IMG/VR virus record: IMGVR_UViG_3300042905_004067
From: a virus
Reading direction: 5' to 3' (one strand)
Length of the DNA stretch: 64,000 bases
A model generated the notes under the pieces. It did no database searches. It saw only the letters and a program-made list of their open reading frames with translations, and was not told where the DNA came from. A program made the translations under genes and the position numbers. Below, in pieces: positions 28,426-37,680 of this stretch (position 1 is its first letter; each line of letters starts with the position of its first letter).

Positions 28426-30143
28426 ACAAAGTTAAGTTTACTAAAATTTTTCTTCTTTTCAAGAGTAATAATAGTAGAGAACTTATCTGCCAAAGAATCT
28501 GCTCTATGTGAAATTACAAATATATTTGTTTTTGAATCAAGACCAGTCAATAGTTTCATAAATTCTTCTGCGCCAACAGAATCAAGAGAAGAATCAAATA
28601 CTTCATCTAGAATAAGCAAATTACAATTTGCACTATTCTTTACACGCGCTACTTCACGCCATGCCAATAGCAGAGACAAATCAATACGCATTTTTTCACC
28701 TTCGCTAAAACTCATGTAACTAAATGTGTCTCGGTTTCTGCTTTTAATAGTTTCGTTAAACTCTTCATCTAAATTAAATTGGGCAAAGAAATCCATAGCA
28801 GTTAAGAATTTATTCACCGTCTTGTTGATAATTGGTAAATAGTTTTTAATTATTTTTCCTTTAATACCAGAATCGCGTAATAAAATAGAACCAATTTCCA
28901 TACAACGAAGATTCTCTTGTAATTTAATTCGTTCTTCTTTAATTTTTTCTATTTTGTTTTCAAGTTGTTCTAAATCTTTTGTTTCCGCATCAATTTCAAT
29001 ATTATCACCGGAAGACTGCTCTAGTTCTTTAGTTAAAGACTTTAAATTACTCATTAAATTATCATGAGAGATATTTAATTGGGCAATAGAAAGTTTATAA
29101 TCTCCAATTTCATTTTGAATTTTTTCAAAAATTTCTAACTGGTTTTCGGATTCCGTTAATTTATTTTCAATTTCATTAACTGCTTTTGTGTATTCTTCAA
29201 TTTTTGTTGTCTTAGAACTAGTTTGTTCTTTCTTAAACTCATCAGTAATTTTTTGTTTACACACAGGACAATTATCATTGTCATGATAAAATTCAATTTC
29301 TTTATTGCAATTATCATGATTTTGTTGAATTTGAGTTTTAAGTTTTTCTAAAGTCTTTATTGAGTTTTCTATTTTAACTTTTGCCTTAATATCAAAAGAA
29401 ATAGAAGACAGTTTTAATTCTTGTTCTTTCTTTTTAACAACTATTGTTTCTATTGAAGAATTTAGTTCCTTTATTTTTTCTTTAATTTTGTCTTGTGATT
29501 CATTGCTTCTGTTCTTTAGACTTTGAATGAACTTTTTCTTTAGTTGTAATTTTTCGCTCTGAAGATTTAATTCTGAATCACAACCCTGCAAAATTGCCTT
29601 AGTTTCTGTTATTCTAGATTTCAACAAACTATTCATTGTTGTAAAAACATTAATATCAAGAATATCTTCAATTACTGCTCTCCTGTCAGCAGCAGGAAGT
29701 TGCATGAATGGAACAAAAGAAGAACTTCCAAGTATTACTACTTGTGTAAATGACTTGTAATTCATTCGAATGATCTGTTCTTCAAAGTATTGTTGATAAT
29801 CTTTATTTTTGGCGTCTTGATTCAACAAATCGCCATTTTTAAATATTTCAAAAATTTTTGGAGAAAGACCTCGACGGATCAGATATTTATCTGACCCTAT
29901 TTCAAAATCCAATTCAACCAAACAATCTTTTTTGTTAATGGTATTGACTAGTTGTGGTATGTTTATTTTTCTAAATGGTTTACCAAACAAAGCAAAGGTT
30001 ATAGAATCCAAAAAGGCAAATGATTTACCATTTCCGTTAGAACCAGATACTAATGTATTTTTTCTAGAATCTAAATGAAGTTCAGTAAATGTGTTCCCAA
30101 ATGATCCAAAATTTTTAAAACGAATCTTTTTGAATATGATCAT
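28422..30143 (-). CDS. 46: Recombination endonuclease subunit gp46 (SbcC/Rad50-like)
   Basis: GSNGNGKS, CPVC hook, FSEGEK, LDEVFD. Confidence 0.97.
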   Translation of the reverse strand: MIIFKKIRFKNFGSFGNTFTELHLDSRKNTLVSGSNGNGKSFAFLDSITFALFGKPFRKINIPQLVNTINKKDCLVELDFEIGSDKYLIRRGLSPKIFEIFKNGDLLNQDAKNKDYQQYFEEQIIRMNYKSFTQVVILGSSSFVPFMQLPAADRRAVIEDILDINVFTTMNSLLKSRITETKAILQGCDSELNLQSEKLQLKKKFIQSLKNRSNESQDKIKEKIKELNSSIETIVVKKKEQELKLSSISFDIKAKVKIENSIKTLEKLKTQIQQNHDNCNKEIEFYHDNDNCPVCKQKITDEFKKEQTSSKTTKIEEYTKAVNEIENKLTESENQLEIFEKIQNEIGDYKLSIAQLNISHDNLMSNLKSLTKELEQSSGDNIEIDAETKDLEQLENKIEKIKEERIKLQENLRCMEIGSILLRDSGIKGKIIKNYLPIINKTVNKFLTAMDFFAQFNLDEEFNETIKSRNRDTFSYMSFSEGEKMRIDLSLLLAWREVARVKNSANCNLLILDEVFDSSLDSVGAEEFMKLLTGLDSKTNIFVISHRADSLADKFSTIITLEKKKNFSKLNFV

Positions 30144-31186
30144 ACAGAAAGACTTTCAATATAAAGTTCATGAATTAGAGATTTAATTTTACCTTTATCT
30201 TCTGTTATTTCAAGTTTATCAATCTCTTCATTAATGATACTCATAGTGTCCTGAGCAACATCAACCGTGTCTGAGGATGTCTCTATCGCCTCTTCAACGA
30301 TGTTTAAATTTATAACACCACCATGCACCATTCTATCTACCCATTGATCAAACTTAACGGCATTTGTTTTCTTTGAAACAAGAACCTTCACATAAGAATT
30401 CTTATAGTAAGAAAAATCATCACCTAGTGGATCATTAGATAAGTTAGAATCATCATAAACAATGATATGATACATTCGCTCTGGGTTTTCAATGAATTCT
30501 AGTTCTCTAGTATCAGTATCAAACACATGAAACCCTTTAGTTAGTCTGGCATCAGAAAAAGTAATTTGATATTGAGTTCCTAGATAATGAACATTTTTCT
30601 TGGAATTCTTCCCGTGAAAATGCCCAGATAAAACCATATCGTAGCAGGACAAAATAGAATCATCCATTCCGCCTTCAAAATTTATACCTTGTATTACTTC
30701 ATATCCATTTAATTCAAAATGCCCGCAAATTATAGATGCAGGACAAGATTTAATAAATTTATGAAATATTTGTTCATTTTCTTTATTGATCCACGGGACT
30801 AATGCTATTTTTAATCCACCAAATTCCATAATAGTTGGTTCTTCATATAGATGAAGATATTTGTATTTGTTATGAAACAGTTCGCGGATAGAGTTTACAT
30901 GATTTGTATTTTTGTAAAAAGTATCGTGATTGCCTAAAATACAATGAAGTTCTACATTATTATTTTCAAACCACTCAATGAATCGTTTTCTAACTTCGGC
31001 TAATGTTTGAAAATTTACAAACTTCCGACGATCCATAAGGTCACCCAAATGGAGTACTTTTGTAATATTATTTTGTTTGCAATAAGGAAAGAATTGTTTC
31101 TCAAAAAATGACATAAAGTACTCTAGAAACAATGGTGAATCATTTCGAGCACCAAAATGAGTGTCATTTATAATCGCTATTTTCAT
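30140..31186 (-). CDS. 47: Recombination endonuclease subunit gp47 (SbcD/Mre11-like)
   Basis: DTHFG, GDL.D, GNHD, SGHFH. Confidence 0.97.
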   Translation of the reverse strand: MKIAIINDTHFGARNDSPLFLEYFMSFFEKQFFPYCKQNNITKVLHLGDLMDRRKFVNFQTLAEVRKRFIEWFENNNVELHCILGNHDTFYKNTNHVNSIRELFHNKYKYLHLYEEPTIMEFGGLKIALVPWINKENEQIFHKFIKSCPASIICGHFELNGYEVIQGINFEGGMDDSILSCYDMVLSGHFHGKNSKKNVHYLGTQYQITFSDARLTKGFHVFDTDTRELEFIENPERMYHIIVYDDSNLSNDPLGDDFSYYKNSYVKVLVSKKTNAVKFDQWVDRMVHGGVINLNIVEEAIETSSDTVDVAQDTMSIINEEIDKLEITEDKGKIKSLIHELYIESLSV

Positions 31187-31743
31187 TTTCGCTTTTTCTT
31201 TTTCTTTTTAGGTTCAAACTTCTTTATATCATTTTCTGATATTTGAAAATGTTCTGTTAATGCCTCTTGTACAGTATCTTTTTCAAAATAATTTTCTTTG
31301 AACCATTTATGAAATGAACCATCATCCATTAATTCTGTCATCTTTAATTTAATATAAGCCTGTTTTTTTTCTTTTTCTATTCGTCTTAAAAAAGCATAAT
31401 ATATGATTTGTGTAAAATACGAAAATGGATTTTTTGATTTTTCTGGATTGAAATTATGTGCATACATTAGGCAATTTTCAATACCATCAGATATCATTTC
31501 TTCTTTATAAGGGTAATTTACAAAGTTGCCTTTTCTTGCAAGATGTTCGGCAATGTTCATAAAACACATTCCTATGTACTCAGTTACCGGAGGACGTTTT
31601 TCGTCGGAGTTTTCTGCCTCCTCGCATAGTTGCTTCCATACAACCATTTCATTGTAGAACAACTTATTGTCTATGTAATGATCTTTTGTTTCTTCTATTA
31701 CTATAGACTCTTCTTTTTTCTTCTTCTTTTTCTTTTTAGCCAT
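31183..31743 (-). CDS. 55: Late sigma factor gp55
   Basis: HYIDNK, NFVNY...EMISDGIENC, NPFSYFTQI.YYAFLRRI.KEKKQ. Confidence 0.96.
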   Translation of the reverse strand: MAKKKKKKKKEESIVIEETKDHYIDNKLFYNEMVVWKQLCEEAENSDEKRPPVTEYIGMCFMNIAEHLARKGNFVNYPYKEEMISDGIENCLMYAHNFNPEKSKNPFSYFTQIIYYAFLRRIEKEKKQAYIKLKMTELMDDGSFHKWFKENYFEKDTVQEALTEHFQISENDIKKFEPKKKKKKRK

Positions 31744-31764
31744 TATGAAAACTCCTACGGAGAT

Positions 31765-31791
31765 ATTATATACAATTCAAAATAAAATCAA
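31765..31791 (-). promoter_or_regulatory. Sigma70-like promoter for gp55
   Basis: TTGATT-N15-TATAAT (short spacer) upstream of an AGGAG SD. Confidence 0.5.
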
Positions 31792-31882
31792 GAAAAATCA
31801 CTTGATTTCTCTTGACAGAATCATTACACTTTCTGTGTCAGGTATGGGAAAAGGACTATAGTAATAATATAGTATATAAGTA

Positions 31883-32623
31883 TTACTTATACTCATCTGA
31901 ATCCGGATCAGGATTCCAATCAGTCCATTTATTTCCAAAATCTTTTCTTTCGGTTTCGTCCCCAGTGAATTTTTGATCATTAATAGATTCACGCTTATTT
32001 TTTCTTTTTCTTTTGTTCTTATTAGGACCTAAACCAAAGTAATCAATCATATCCATAATTTCTCTTGGATCGATCATTCCTTCATTAATCATATGTGCCA
32101 ATACTTGAGGTGGAAATACCATACTCATATGAACTATTTGTTCTTGAGATGGTTTATTTTTTGATCTTCGTTTTTTTGGTTTTTCTTGTTCTTCTTCTAA
32201 TTCTTTGAAGATGGAATCAAACATGTCTGAAATCATTTCTTCATAATCTGCAACAGATTTTTCATGTTTGTTATTCATTTTGGGTGGAGTAGGAGATTCA
32301 TTAGTAAATTCTTGTAATGATTTACTCTCGTAACCAATTTCTTGTCTTGCTTTTTCAATTAAATAATATTGAACTACGTCTTGTGTTGGTTCTAGTGTAG
32401 TAGCAACAAAGTCCACTGGTATTGTTGTCTTGTGTTCATTTCCAAAGGCTAACCAGTTCTTTAAAATTATGCCTTCTTTTGGCATACCATACTGATCCGG
32501 TAACATGACAGACTTAAAAACCATAGGACGGTTTAATGTCATTTTTCCATTTTCATTTTCAGCCACCTCAGCAATCAGTTCTTCTCCACTTCTGAGTTTG
32601 ATTACTTTATAGATTTCTGACAT
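31883..32623 (-). CDS. T4-like hypothetical protein (Sm-like N-terminal domain)
   Basis: KVIKLRSGEELIAEV...P...W; usual position between uvsW and gp55. Confidence 0.7.
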   Translation of the reverse strand: MSEIYKVIKLRSGEELIAEVAENENGKMTLNRPMVFKSVMLPDQYGMPKEGIILKNWLAFGNEHKTTIPVDFVATTLEPTQDVVQYYLIEKARQEIGYESKSLQEFTNESPTPPKMNNKHEKSVADYEEMISDMFDSIFKELEEEQEKPKKRRSKNKPSQEQIVHMSMVFPPQVLAHMINEGMIDPREIMDMIDYFGLGPNKNKRKRKNKRESINDQKFTGDETERKDFGNKWTDWNPDPDSDEYK

Positions 32624-34120
32624 TTAATTCTCCTTTAGTTTCAGAGACACCAACTTATAGTTAAACTTCTCTTTAGTATATATTCGTATTCGTTCATCCA
32701 TATGATTGAGAGAGTGATTCCTATATTTTTTGTATTTTAAGTCATCTCCAATATCGTAAACTGCAACAGAATTTTTAGTTTCGCTTTTACGAAGTCCTCT
32801 ACCGATAGATTGTAAAACACGAATTACAGATTTAGAAGGAGAGGCAAAAACAATATTGTGTATATTTCTAATATTAATTCCAGTAGAACAAGTTCCATAT
32901 GAGGCAAGAAGTATTGAATTATCTTGTTTATCTACTACTTTTCTTATATGTTCTCTTTGTTCTACATCAGTTCCACCGTGTATAAAAAATATATCTTTAT
33001 CAGTTATATGATGTTTAAAATTCTCATACAAAGGTTTACCGTGTAATTCTACAAAATTAAACAACACAAGAGTATTTCCTTTTAAATTAGAACATAAATT
33101 TCTAATAAATGCATTTCTTTTGTTATTTGTGATAATCCATTTAATTTCTTCTTTATAAAGCATTCTTTTAGTTTCTTCTATCTCTTTATCAGAATACTGA
33201 AGAAGAATGCATTGTATTGAAAGATTTGATAACAGATTTTTTTCTATTAAATCGGATGTAGTTGTGACATGAAGAACTCTTCCAAATAATCCTTCTACTA
33301 CTAATTTATGAGTATGTGTTCCATCTAATGTTCCTGTAGTGCCTATGCGAATAGGACATTCGGTTAATTTTGACATCAAAGTAGATAAAGATTTTGCTTT
33401 AAATAAATGACATTCATCACCTACTACCATATCAAACTGTTCAAAGAATTCTTTTGGCATTTTATAAATGCTTTGCCACGTTGATATGACTACTCTTTTA
33501 TGAGTATCTTTTTCTTTACCTGAAGATATAACGTGACACCATCTCTCAGCAGACCATTTATTTTCTTTTGAATAGTCTTTAAAATCGCTGTACATCTGAG
33601 AAACAAGACCAACAGTGGGAACAACTACCAATACTTTTTTATCTGGTTTAATTCGGTCTAAAAACAATCGAATAAGACAATATATTATTAAAGATTTTCC
33701 ACTCCCGGTCGGGCACAACAACAAACATCTTTCTTTGTTTAGTGCGTGTGTTATTGCTTTTATTTGGTAGTCATGTGCTGTTATTCTTTTTCCCGATGCT
33801 GTTGGTTTTATAAATTCTTCAACAAATTTTGCAATTTGTTCTTCTGTGTATGTTTTGTCAATATGATCTAATGTTTGAATTGAATAATTTCTATCATTTG
33901 CAAATTTAATTAGATAGTCTTGAAGACCAGCATAAATTGTGTGGGTAAACAAATTAAAAAGGCGTATTTGTCCATCCCATACTTTATTTTTATAAGCAGG
34001 AGTAAATTGATAATTTGGTACGGCAAACGTAAAGTACTGATTTAATTCCTTTGCAATACTTCGTTCACAGTTTACTTTTATAAAAACAGAATTTACAGGT
34101 TCAATCACTAAATCGGGCAT
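32624..34120 (-). CDS. uvsW: UvsW helicase
   Basis: WDGQIRLF, PTGSGKS, DECH, QSIGRGLR. Confidence 0.97.
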   Translation of the reverse strand: MPDLVIEPVNSVFIKVNCERSIAKELNQYFTFAVPNYQFTPAYKNKVWDGQIRLFNLFTHTIYAGLQDYLIKFANDRNYSIQTLDHIDKTYTEEQIAKFVEEFIKPTASGKRITAHDYQIKAITHALNKERCLLLCPTGSGKSLIIYCLIRLFLDRIKPDKKVLVVVPTVGLVSQMYSDFKDYSKENKWSAERWCHVISSGKEKDTHKRVVISTWQSIYKMPKEFFEQFDMVVGDECHLFKAKSLSTLMSKLTECPIRIGTTGTLDGTHTHKLVVEGLFGRVLHVTTTSDLIEKNLLSNLSIQCILLQYSDKEIEETKRMLYKEEIKWIITNNKRNAFIRNLCSNLKGNTLVLFNFVELHGKPLYENFKHHITDKDIFFIHGGTDVEQREHIRKVVDKQDNSILLASYGTCSTGINIRNIHNIVFASPSKSVIRVLQSIGRGLRKSETKNSVAVYDIGDDLKYKKYRNHSLNHMDERIRIYTKEKFNYKLVSLKLKEN

Positions 34121-34125
34121 AACAG

Positions 34126-34133
34126 TATTTATT
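34126..34133 (-). promoter_or_regulatory. Late promoter-like motif (AATAAATA), 5 nt before the uvsW ATG
   Basis: AATAAATA-ctgtt-ATG, no SD. Confidence 0.65.
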
Positions 34134-34566
34134 ACTGCCCGTTAGCAAACTTTGTCCAATCAATTATTGATCGAATATTCCATTGTCGGTTGTTGATTAT
34201 CTTTATAATATTTTCAAGATAATTTACTTTTTCTCTCTGGTATTCTACTTTTAATTTTTGACGAATAACTTGATCATCGGCTTCGATTAGACGATCCATG
34301 TCAGTTCGAATGATGTGAAGATCAAACTGCTCCCATCCGTTTTCCTTGAGTTCTTCTTCAGTCATTTTGCCACTAAAGTATAACCATTTCTTTTTACGAA
34401 GAACTTCAAGTTCACTTTCTATGCGAGCCAAGGATAGTTTTTCTTCCATGAAAAAAAGAAGATACTTATTGTGTATTTGTGGTGTACGAACAGATTCTTT
34501 GTCGAGTTGTGTCTCATCCAAAGAAATATCTTTTTTGACCATTTCTTTTAGTTCATCAAATGTCAT
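34132..34566 (-). CDS. uvsY: Recombination mediator UvsY
   Basis: PQIHNKYL, K.LYFSGK, R.WNIRSIIDW.KF..G. Confidence 0.93.
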   Translation of the reverse strand: MTFDELKEMVKKDISLDETQLDKESVRTPQIHNKYLLFFMEEKLSLARIESELEVLRKKKWLYFSGKMTEEELKENGWEQFDLHIIRTDMDRLIEADDQVIRQKLKVEYQREKVNYLENIIKIINNRQWNIRSIIDWTKFANGQ

Positions 34567-34573
34567 GACAAAA

Positions 34574-34601
34574 ATTATACATCAATTTAAGATGAAGTCA
34601 A
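34574..34601 (-). promoter_or_regulatory. Sigma70-like promoter for uvsY
   Basis: TTGACT-N16-TATAAT, 7 nt before the ATG. Confidence 0.75.
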
Positions 34602-35120
34602 GGCTTCAAACTCAAAGTAGGTGTATCTAAAAGATGCCACGCACGATAATGGAACATTATCTGTATCTTGAACACTTAATGCTATTTCTGATAGGTCTAC
34701 TGGATATGCTTTTCTAAATGTGATTAAAAACTTTTCTTTGTAAGAACTGTTCATCAAATATAGGCTAATGTCAGAAAATCTATCTTTAAAGTTTATAGTA
34801 TTTTCTGTTGAAGTTAAATTGGCTATTGAAGTAATCCAATCATAAACTTCTTTCCATCCTCTTAAATTTTCATCTACTAAAAATTTAACAGAAAGTGGTT
34901 TAAAATCATATTTATTGCCTGGTATGCTTATCGCTGTACTGAGAGTGGTTGGCTGAATTAACTCTTGTAAAGAAATAGAAGGTATTGCTACTTGTTGTGC
35001 AAAATAAGATAGCGTTGGAGCCCGAGATATCATTAACCTAAAGTAATTTGAACTAAGGTAATTATTATTGTCGGGTCTAGAAATATCCGAAACAAAATCT
35101 ATATCAGTTTTCTTTGCCAT
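34587..35120 (-). CDS. 3: Tail completion / tube terminator gp3
   Basis: NYLSSNYF...FAQQVAIPSI, F.VDENL..W.EVYDW, FRYTYF; follows gp23. Confidence 0.85.
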   Translation of the reverse strand: MAKKTDIDFVSDISRPDNNNYLSSNYFRLMISRAPTLSYFAQQVAIPSISLQELIQPTTLSTAISIPGNKYDFKPLSVKFLVDENLRGWKEVYDWITSIANLTSTENTINFKDRFSDISLYLMNSSYKEKFLITFRKAYPVDLSEIALSVQDTDNVPLSCVASFRYTYFEFEALTSS

Positions 35121-35125
35121 AATAT

Positions 35126-35133
35126 TATTTATT
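35126..35133 (-). promoter_or_regulatory. Late promoter-like motif (AATAAATA), 5 nt before the gp3 ATG
   Basis: AATAAATA-atatt-ATG, just after the gp23 terminator. Confidence 0.65.
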
Positions 35134-35134
35134 C

Positions 35135-35167
35135 AAAAAGAAAGGGGAGAGTCTTTCGACTCTCCCC
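35135..35167 (-). terminator. Rho-independent terminator after the major capsid gene
   Basis: GGGGAGAGTC-GAAA-GACTCTCCCC-TTTCTTTTT. Confidence 0.93.
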
Positions 35168-35193
35168 CATCCTCTCCCCAATTAGTTATTTAA

Positions 35194-36642
35194 TTAGAGT
35201 CCGAATCCAGTGTTACCGTGTAGGTTAGTGACTTGGAAAATTCGGTAGTATTGGTTTCCACCAAGAGCATTGATATCAGTGTTCTCGGAGAATGGATTTG
35301 CAACCATTCCGTAACGAGTCTTGAATCCAATCTTTGGTTGGAAAGTGTTTTGATCAACCGCTCTGACCATTTGTAGTGGAACGTATGGGCAGTAGAAGAT
35401 ACCGGCATCATATGGTGATGTACCACGATATCCAACTACACAGAAGTTAACACCCAACTTGGCATATGGATCGATATAAACCTTCATCTTGTTGTTTAGA
35501 ACACCAACAAAGGTATTGCCAGTGTCATCAACGTCGAGGTTAGCAGTCATTGCTGGTGCGAGGTTGAGGAAGCCACCCATTGTGAGTGCGCTTGCAACGT
35601 CGCTTGAGCAAACAAGGAAGTTACCCTTACCACGACGAGTCTCCTTAGCGATTACGTTTGCTTCACGCTCGATTTGGAACATGAGGCCACGGAATCTTTC
35701 AGCAGACCAACGACCGTCTGAGTCGGTGTTGAGATCGTAGATACCACCAGTTGAGAAATTGGTGAGATCGCTTTGAGTTGCACCGGTCTTAGCAACACGA
35801 TAAATTGTAGTGATCAACTCACGGTTGATTTCGTGCAAAATTTCGGTGCTGAGAATATTTGCGAGTTCGCTCTCGGCGTCAAGACCATGAACAGCCTTGA
35901 GGTCTTGTGCGAGTTCTGTGGTGTACTCAGCCTTTAGAGCGCGAGTCTTTGCTTCTACAGCAATACGCTCAATGCTGAATGCCATCTCACGGAACTGGGT
36001 TCCACCAGACTCACCGAGTTGTTCGGCTGTTGAGGTGAGGAAACCACGGAAAGCATTCATGTCGAATCCGCTATCGCGAATACCCCATTGATTGCTTGTG
36101 CTTGCATCACCAGAACCGGCGCTAGCACCGATTGGGTTGATACCACCGGTTGCAGAGAATGCTGCGCCGTTTGATGTGTTTCCGCTACCACCGAACTTAG
36201 CGTATGCTTCGTTCCATAGTGCTTCACCATACCGTTTGTCATTGTTATTGACGACACCACCGCGTGATGGTTCTTGTCGGTCATAACGACTACGCATTGC
36301 GAAGATGAGACCGGTTGGTGCAGTCATTGGCTGAACACCAGCGATATCATAAGCAATGAGGTTTGGCATTGAACGACGAACGAGGCTGATTAGGATTGGG
36401 TCATAACCAGCGAGGTTGCCAGCGGTTCCTGCTGCTTGGGTAACGCTAAAACCACCACCCATGCTGTTGGCTGGTGTTTCAACGAGATATTGCTCTCTGA
36501 GAGCCTTTTCTTGGTTCTCTAAGAGGACAGCGGTTACCTTCTTGCGGTAGCTGTCTCCGATTGATGGAAGTGCCTCGTGAGAGAGAAGGGGTTCCCACTT
36601 CTCAGTTAGCACATCGTAAGATGAGTTGCTTGAAAAATCCAT
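35194..36642 (-). CDS. 23: Major capsid protein gp23
   Basis: LLENQE, GVQPMTAPTGLIFAMR, RALKAEYT.ELAQDLKAVHGLDAE.EL, FQPKIGFKTRYG. Confidence 0.99.
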   Translation of the reverse strand: MDFSSNSSYDVLTEKWEPLLSHEALPSIGDSYRKKVTAVLLENQEKALREQYLVETPANSMGGGFSVTQAAGTAGNLAGYDPILISLVRRSMPNLIAYDIAGVQPMTAPTGLIFAMRSRYDRQEPSRGGVVNNNDKRYGEALWNEAYAKFGGSGNTSNGAAFSATGGINPIGASAGSGDASTSNQWGIRDSGFDMNAFRGFLTSTAEQLGESGGTQFREMAFSIERIAVEAKTRALKAEYTTELAQDLKAVHGLDAESELANILSTEILHEINRELITTIYRVAKTGATQSDLTNFSTGGIYDLNTDSDGRWSAERFRGLMFQIEREANVIAKETRRGKGNFLVCSSDVASALTMGGFLNLAPAMTANLDVDDTGNTFVGVLNNKMKVYIDPYAKLGVNFCVVGYRGTSPYDAGIFYCPYVPLQMVRAVDQNTFQPKIGFKTRYGMVANPFSENTDINALGGNQYYRIFQVTNLHGNTGFGL

Positions 36643-36671
36643 TTCTTATTCTCCTTAAATGTGTTTAGAAA

Positions 36672-37619
36672 TTAGAGTTTGTTTGATTTGGCAAGACGAT
36701 CAAGTGTGCTCAAGTATGCATTCATGCTTGAACCAACTTCTGGTGTGATCTTCTTGTCGGTTGTTTCTTCTACCAGATTGTTTACGGTTGGTGCAGAGTT
36801 AAAGTAACTCTCTTTGAGTACATTTAATTTCTCTGCATATTGTTCTAGACTTTCGAATTCGACTCCTTCAGCCAAAGATGCAAATTTCTCAACTTCAACA
36901 TCGCTTAAACCATTAGCAACGTTTGAGAAAACTTGTGATGCTTGGTAAGCAAGAAGTTCTTTTTCGAGTTCCATGTTCTTTTGTAGTTGTTCGTTGAGTG
37001 AAGATTCGAGTTCTTCGTTCTCTGAAAAGAGTCCGTCAATGACATCGTACTTTTCTTCTGGAACTTCGATGTAGTGTGACTCAAAGAGTTCCTTGAGCCC
37101 GGACATAAAGTTTTCTGCAATTTCGGTACGAATACCATTTTCGACTGCAAGTTTATTCTCTTCCATCCACTCCTCAACAACGTAACCAAGATAATCATCG
37201 AGTCTTTCAGCAAGTGTATTAACTGCTTCTTCGACTTCCTCTTGAATTACTGTTGCGGCTTCAGAAAGAACTTGCTCACGAAGGGAATTTACTCTCTCGT
37301 TTACTGCGGCTTCGAAAATGGTCTTAGCCTTGTTCATGAATTCTTCAGAAAGAGTTTCACCGTTGAACAAAGCGTCTAGGTGTTCGTGCATTTCTTTTGC
37401 ACCATATTCACCCATCTCTTCGTTCTCTTCGTCTTCTTCCCCCTCCTCAGCAACTGCTTTAGTATTGGCTTTTGCTCCACCTGTTGGGCGAAGAGTAGCC
37501 ATATTTGCTGCTGCATTTGGATTGAAGTTTGCAAAGGGGTCCCATTGTACTGTTTTACCGTCTGCGGTTTGGGGGGCTGCACCGTTGGCGGCGTGTGTTG
37601 GTGTAGATTGTTTTTCCAT
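36672..37619 (-). CDS. 22: Prohead core scaffold gp22
   Basis: KAKTIFEAAV, LDDYLGYVVEEWM.EN.LAVE.GIR.EI, KL..LKESYF. Confidence 0.95.
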   Translation of the reverse strand: MEKQSTPTHAANGAAPQTADGKTVQWDPFANFNPNAAANMATLRPTGGAKANTKAVAEEGEEDEENEEMGEYGAKEMHEHLDALFNGETLSEEFMNKAKTIFEAAVNERVNSLREQVLSEAATVIQEEVEEAVNTLAERLDDYLGYVVEEWMEENKLAVENGIRTEIAENFMSGLKELFESHYIEVPEEKYDVIDGLFSENEELESSLNEQLQKNMELEKELLAYQASQVFSNVANGLSDVEVEKFASLAEGVEFESLEQYAEKLNVLKESYFNSAPTVNNLVEETTDKKITPEVGSSMNAYLSTLDRLAKSNKL

Positions 37620-37649
37620 AAATTTCTTGTCCTCTATAAGAACTATTGT

Positions 37650-37657
37650 TATTTAGT
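37650..37657 (-). promoter_or_regulatory. Late promoter-like motif (ACTAAATA) before gp22
   Basis: xxTAAATA upstream of a GAGG SD. Confidence 0.55.
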
Positions 37658-37680
37658 AAATTTTGTTTTTTAAGCCTTAA

